From Octopus sinensis (taxonomy: Eukaryota): 26,424 nucleotides of DNA. Location of the stretch: the NCBI RefSeq assembly GCF_006345805.1, contig NW_021835606.1:1-26424 (forward strand), given 5' to 3'. This document shows, piece by piece, positions 20,423 through 26,424 of this stretch. A program made the translations under genes and the position numbers. The notes under the pieces were generated by a model, which searched no databases, was not told where the DNA came from, and saw nothing but the letters and a program-made list of their open reading frames with translations. Positions within the stretch are counted from its first letter, which is position 1. Every line of letters begins with the position of its first letter.

Positions 20423-20756
20423 TTGAGACACCCTTCGGTCATGACTGACTGTGGGATTGCACCTAGAGAGTTACCCTCCCAGGCACAAGTCCGGGCAAGA
20501 TTGTTTATGGAAGACCAGCAGTCGCCCATGCATACCAGACTCCCCTCTCCGCGTCACCAATGTTATCCAAGGGAAAGGTAAAGACCAATACAGCTTGGCA
20601 CCAGTGACGTCGCAACTCATTTCTACAGCTGAGTGAACTGGAACAACATGAAATAAAGTCTTGCTCAAGAACACAACATGCAGCCCGGTCCGGGATTCGA
20701 ACTCACAACCTCACGATCGTAACCTCGACGCTCTAACCACTGAGCCATGCGCCTTC
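20423..20756 (-). mobile_element. Full-length tRNA-derived SINE family C (CORE-like) with perfect 13-bp TSD
   Basis: Minus-strand head GGCGCATGGCTCAGTGGTTAGAGCG...GAGTTCGAATCCC. ATATATTCGTATA occurs at 20410-20422 and 20757-20769. Confidence 0.92.
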
Positions 20757-20781
20757 ATATATTCGTATACATATATATATA

Positions 20782-20985
20782 TCATCATCGTTTAGCGTCT
20801 GCTTTCCATGCTAGCATGGGTTGCACAGTTCAACAGGGGTCTGGGAAGCCAGAAGGCTGCACCAGGCCCAGTCTGATCTGACAGTGTTTCTACAGCTGGA
20901 TGTCCTTCCTAACGCCAACCATTCCATGAGTGTAGTGGGTGCTTTTTACGTGCCAGACGAGGCTGGCAAACTGCCATGATCAAAC
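20782..20985 (-). mobile_element. RTE-like 3' tail, (ATC)n at left end
   Basis: ATCATCATCGTTTAGCGTCTGCTTTCCATGCTAGCATGGG..TTTCTACAGCTGGATGTCCTTCCTAACGCCAACC. Confidence 0.65.
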
Positions 20986-21198
20986 CACCGGCCATCAGAG
21001 TCAGGAGAAACACTATAAAGCTAAGAACTTTAAGGGCATGAAACACAGGGTGGCCACATGGACTGGCCATAACTATCTTTATTGAATATATATATCTATA
21101 TATAATATATATATACTATATATTACATAGTACCTCGTTTTTGCACAACTCTGATCATGAATAAATCGTGCTTTATATATATAGATATATACATATAC

Positions 21199-21263
<65 letters not shown>

Positions 21264-21289
21264 GTGTGTGTTTGGTGTGTGTGTACATA

Positions 21290-21435
21290 TGTCTTTGTGC
21301 CTGTTCTTGTCCACACCACTGCTTCACAACTGATGTTGGTGCGTTTATGTTCCCATAACTTAGCAGTTCAAGAAAAGAGACCAATAAAATAAGTACCTGG
21401 CTTAACAAAAAATTTTGTATTGGAGTTGATAAATG
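21290..21435 (+). mobile_element. SINE family A, partial 3' body
   Basis: CACTGCTTCACAACTGATGTTGGTG..CATAACTTAGCAGTTC..AAAGAGACCAATAAAATAAGTAC. Confidence 0.7.
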
Positions 21436-21477
<42 letters not shown>

Positions 21478-21514
21478 GTATCTATATATATATGTGTGTG
21501 TGTGTATATATATA

Positions 21515-21934
21515 TACTCTTTTACTCTTTTACTCTTTTACTTGTTTCAGTCATTTGACTGCGGCCATGCTGGAGCACCGCCTTTAGTCGAGCAAATCGA
21601 CCCCGGGACTTATTCTTTGTAAGCCCAGTACTTATTCTATCGGTCTCTTTTTTGCTGAACCGCTAAGTAACGGGGACGTAAACACACCAGCATCGGTTGT
21701 CAAGCAATGCTAGGGGGACAAACACAGACACACAAACACACACACATATATATATATATATACATATATACGACAGGCTTCTTTCAGTTTCTGTCTACCA
21801 AATTCACTCACAAGGCATTGGTCGGCCCGGGGCTATAGCAGAAGACACTCGCCCAAGATGCCACGCAGTGGGACAGAACCCAGAACTATGTGGTTGGTAG
21901 GCAAGCTACTTACCACACAGCCACTCCTGCGCCT
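21515..21934 (-). mobile_element. Full-length SINE family A
   Basis: Reverse complement of the 17508-17925 type, from head to (TACTCTTT)n tail. Confidence 0.93.
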
Positions 21935-22639
21935 ACTTTATATATAAAGTAAAAATGAATCAATTTTAAAAGATTTATTTCTTCAAAGAAAATAATGTCA
22001 TTTGATGGATTTAGATACTTAATCTAGTTTATAGTAGACATGTACTGTTCAGATTTTAATGATCTAGACCGCTTGGACATCATACTAATGAGTAATGCCC
22101 ACACAGATTATACGTTATAATGAGACATGTCTATATACTTTTGAAATGTCTGTGTACATATACATACGCACACACATACCTAATTTCGTGTGCATTCATG
22201 CATTTCCCTGCTTGAGAGAGTGTAGGATTATTCTAGAAGATTTCCTGTCTGTATATTAATTAAACACACACTTCTACGTCTGCATTTTGTTTATTCCAGT
22301 TCGTCCTAACATACCAGTCTTCAAGTATGTTCATATTACTCGAGAAGCTGTGTCTTTTAAGAAACCCAGCATCATGCATATATGTCTGTGTCTATAAATG
22401 TTTCTATACATATATACATATATTTATGCATAGATATGTATGTATGTATCTATACATGTATGTAATCGATAGCACTTGAGACACAGCGTGTGATCATAAA
22501 TATTATCATCTTATATTTTGCCAGTATCATCTTTGCTTTTGACATTTCATATATTTATCAAGAGAAAACGGGTTTGCATCTAAAGACAATATCCAGACTT
22601 TCTTTCAGTTATTTTCCAATTGCATACATACATACATTT

Positions 22640-25150
<2,511 letters not shown>

Positions 25151-25231
25151 TTAAAAGTGGGGCAGTCCAACTGCTCTACATCTTAGGGTGTGCTTCTTCA
25201 CCAGATTTAAGTTTTCTACAAACGAAATGTA

Positions 25232-25680
25232 TATATAGAGCGTAGGCGAGAAATATATGCCATAATATACATCTGGAAGGACTTGTCCCAAACTTTGGCA
25301 TTGAGAGTTACACAAATACTAGAACTGGGTGCCACTGCATAGTGCCAAGGACTCCAAATATGCCATTAAGATGTAGGACAAGATACTGTGGTAGCCTGGG
25401 CTTCAGAGGTCCACAGCTCTTCAATATCCTCTCGAAGGACATGAGAGACCTGCATGGGGTGGATGCAGATGTCTTTAAAATAAAGCTGGACCTCTTCCTA
25501 TCAGGTGTCTCAGATAAACCAACTTCACGGCAGGAGGTGCAGATGAAGACAGCTGCATCAAACTCTCTCATGCACCAAATGTCAATTGCTAAAAAGCATT
25601 CGTGAAGTAAAATCATGTAGCAAAACCGAATGGCAGTGCCCCAGCATGGCCACAGCTCGTGAGCTGATACTAGATATAAA
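25232..25680 (+). mobile_element. 3' fragment of a second CR1-group LINE family (ORF2 C-terminus + 3' UTR)
   Basis: IYIWK/GLVPNFGIESY..RGPQLFNIL..FKIKLDLFL..AASNSLMHQ is homologous to the C-terminus of the 13375-16380 ORF2. Stop at 25603-25605. Confidence 0.85.
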
Positions 25681-25741
25681 ATAATACATACATATATATA
25701 TATATATATATACATATAGATACATCTTATATATATATACT

Positions 25742-25965
25742 GGAGTAAGGACATAAATGTGAAACAAGGTGGAAAAAAAGAGTACTCAAATAACAGATGT
25801 AGAGTAATATGCTTTATTTAAAAGCAGCAGAAATATATCAAAAGCTGTTACTCAGAGTTTCATGATCCCATTCGTAGGGAAACAACAAAACCTGTCCGAT
25901 GAAGGGGAATGGGAAACTCTGAGTAACAGCTTTTGTTATATTTCTGCTGCTTTTAAATAAAGCAT
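25742..25965. mobile_element. Inverted-repeat element (probable Penelope-like derivative) with 53-bp arms
   Basis: 25809-25861 and 25913-25965 are reverse complements with 1 mismatch. Confidence 0.7.
25892..25929 (+). ncRNA. Minimal type I hammerhead ribozyme-like motif (degenerate); mirror copy on - at 25845-25882
   Basis: CUGU-CCGAUGA-AGGGGAAUGG-GAAA-CUCUGAG-UA-ACAG: stem I CUGU/ACAG, stem III ACUC/GAGU, GUA triplet. Has a U4C variant and a damaged stem II. Confidence 0.45.
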
Positions 25966-26039
25966 GTCTTAAATAAATACATGTTTGATAAGTGCCAATA
26001 TACGAAACTCTCAGTCTCTGAGTCACTGTAATTACTAGA

Positions 26040-26217
26040 ATTACTGCTGAGACTACTACTACTAATAATAATAATTACGACAACAATAATAATGACAATA
26101 TATATACACAAACACACATTCCTACACATGCAGTAGATATATGCCTATATACATCTATATGTTAATGTATGTATGTATGTATGTATGTATGTATGTATGT
26201 ATGTATGTTTGTATCTA

Positions 26218-26256
<39 letters not shown>

Positions 26257-26424
26257 GCATATAAACACACATGTGTGTTAACATATATATATATATATAT
26301 CATCACTGTCATTTAACATTCACTTTGCATTTGTAAATGTATTGTTATATGTACATACATAAACTTAATTATATGCCTATATATATATATATAATAATAA
26401 TAATATCATAATAATAATTAATTA
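26040..26424. repeat. (ACT/AAT)n, (TATG)n and (TA)n simple repeats
   Basis: Direct reading. Confidence 0.9.

Noticed and set aside
21125-21175. Possible hammerhead relic (minus-strand ATGATCA..AAAACGAGGTA)
   Set aside because: Both core boxes are mutated and no convincing stems are present.
22300-22324. Possible 25-nt microexon (TTTTGTTTATTCCAG|...CAA|GTATGT)
   Set aside because: Would add VRPNIPVF and shift phase, and does not match the expected HEAT continuation.

Overview
Eukaryotic, extremely repeat-rich DNA. The SINE families and microsatellite content match what I recall of Octopus (coleoid cephalopod) genomes; the organism is an inference. The only host coding sequence I can support is one internal 186-nt exon (11426-11611, +) encoding a HEAT repeat that closely resembles HEATR4. 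The rest reads as intronic: TA/TATC/CAC/GAT microsatellites, many tRNA-derived SINEs of about four families, RTE-like 3' tails, and a ~4-kb antisense CR1-group LINE (CCCH-finger ORF1 plus APE-RT ORF2) broken only by small indels. There is also a decayed Tc1 element carrying a nested MITE and SINE, two mariner fragments and a ~540-bp foldback. The most interesting signals are (i) a pair of perfect RFX X-boxes in a 150-bp unique island between oppositely oriented trinucleotide arrays, (ii) minimal hammerhead-ribozyme-like motifs in Penelope-like repeats, including an inverted pair, (iii) the apparently very young LINE, and (iv) a SINE and LINE sharing a 3' tail with a covarying stem-loop. Most ORFs in the supplied track are microsatellite artefacts. 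No rRNA, true tRNA or CRISPR array was found. All family assignments are from recall and by-eye alignment, not database searches.
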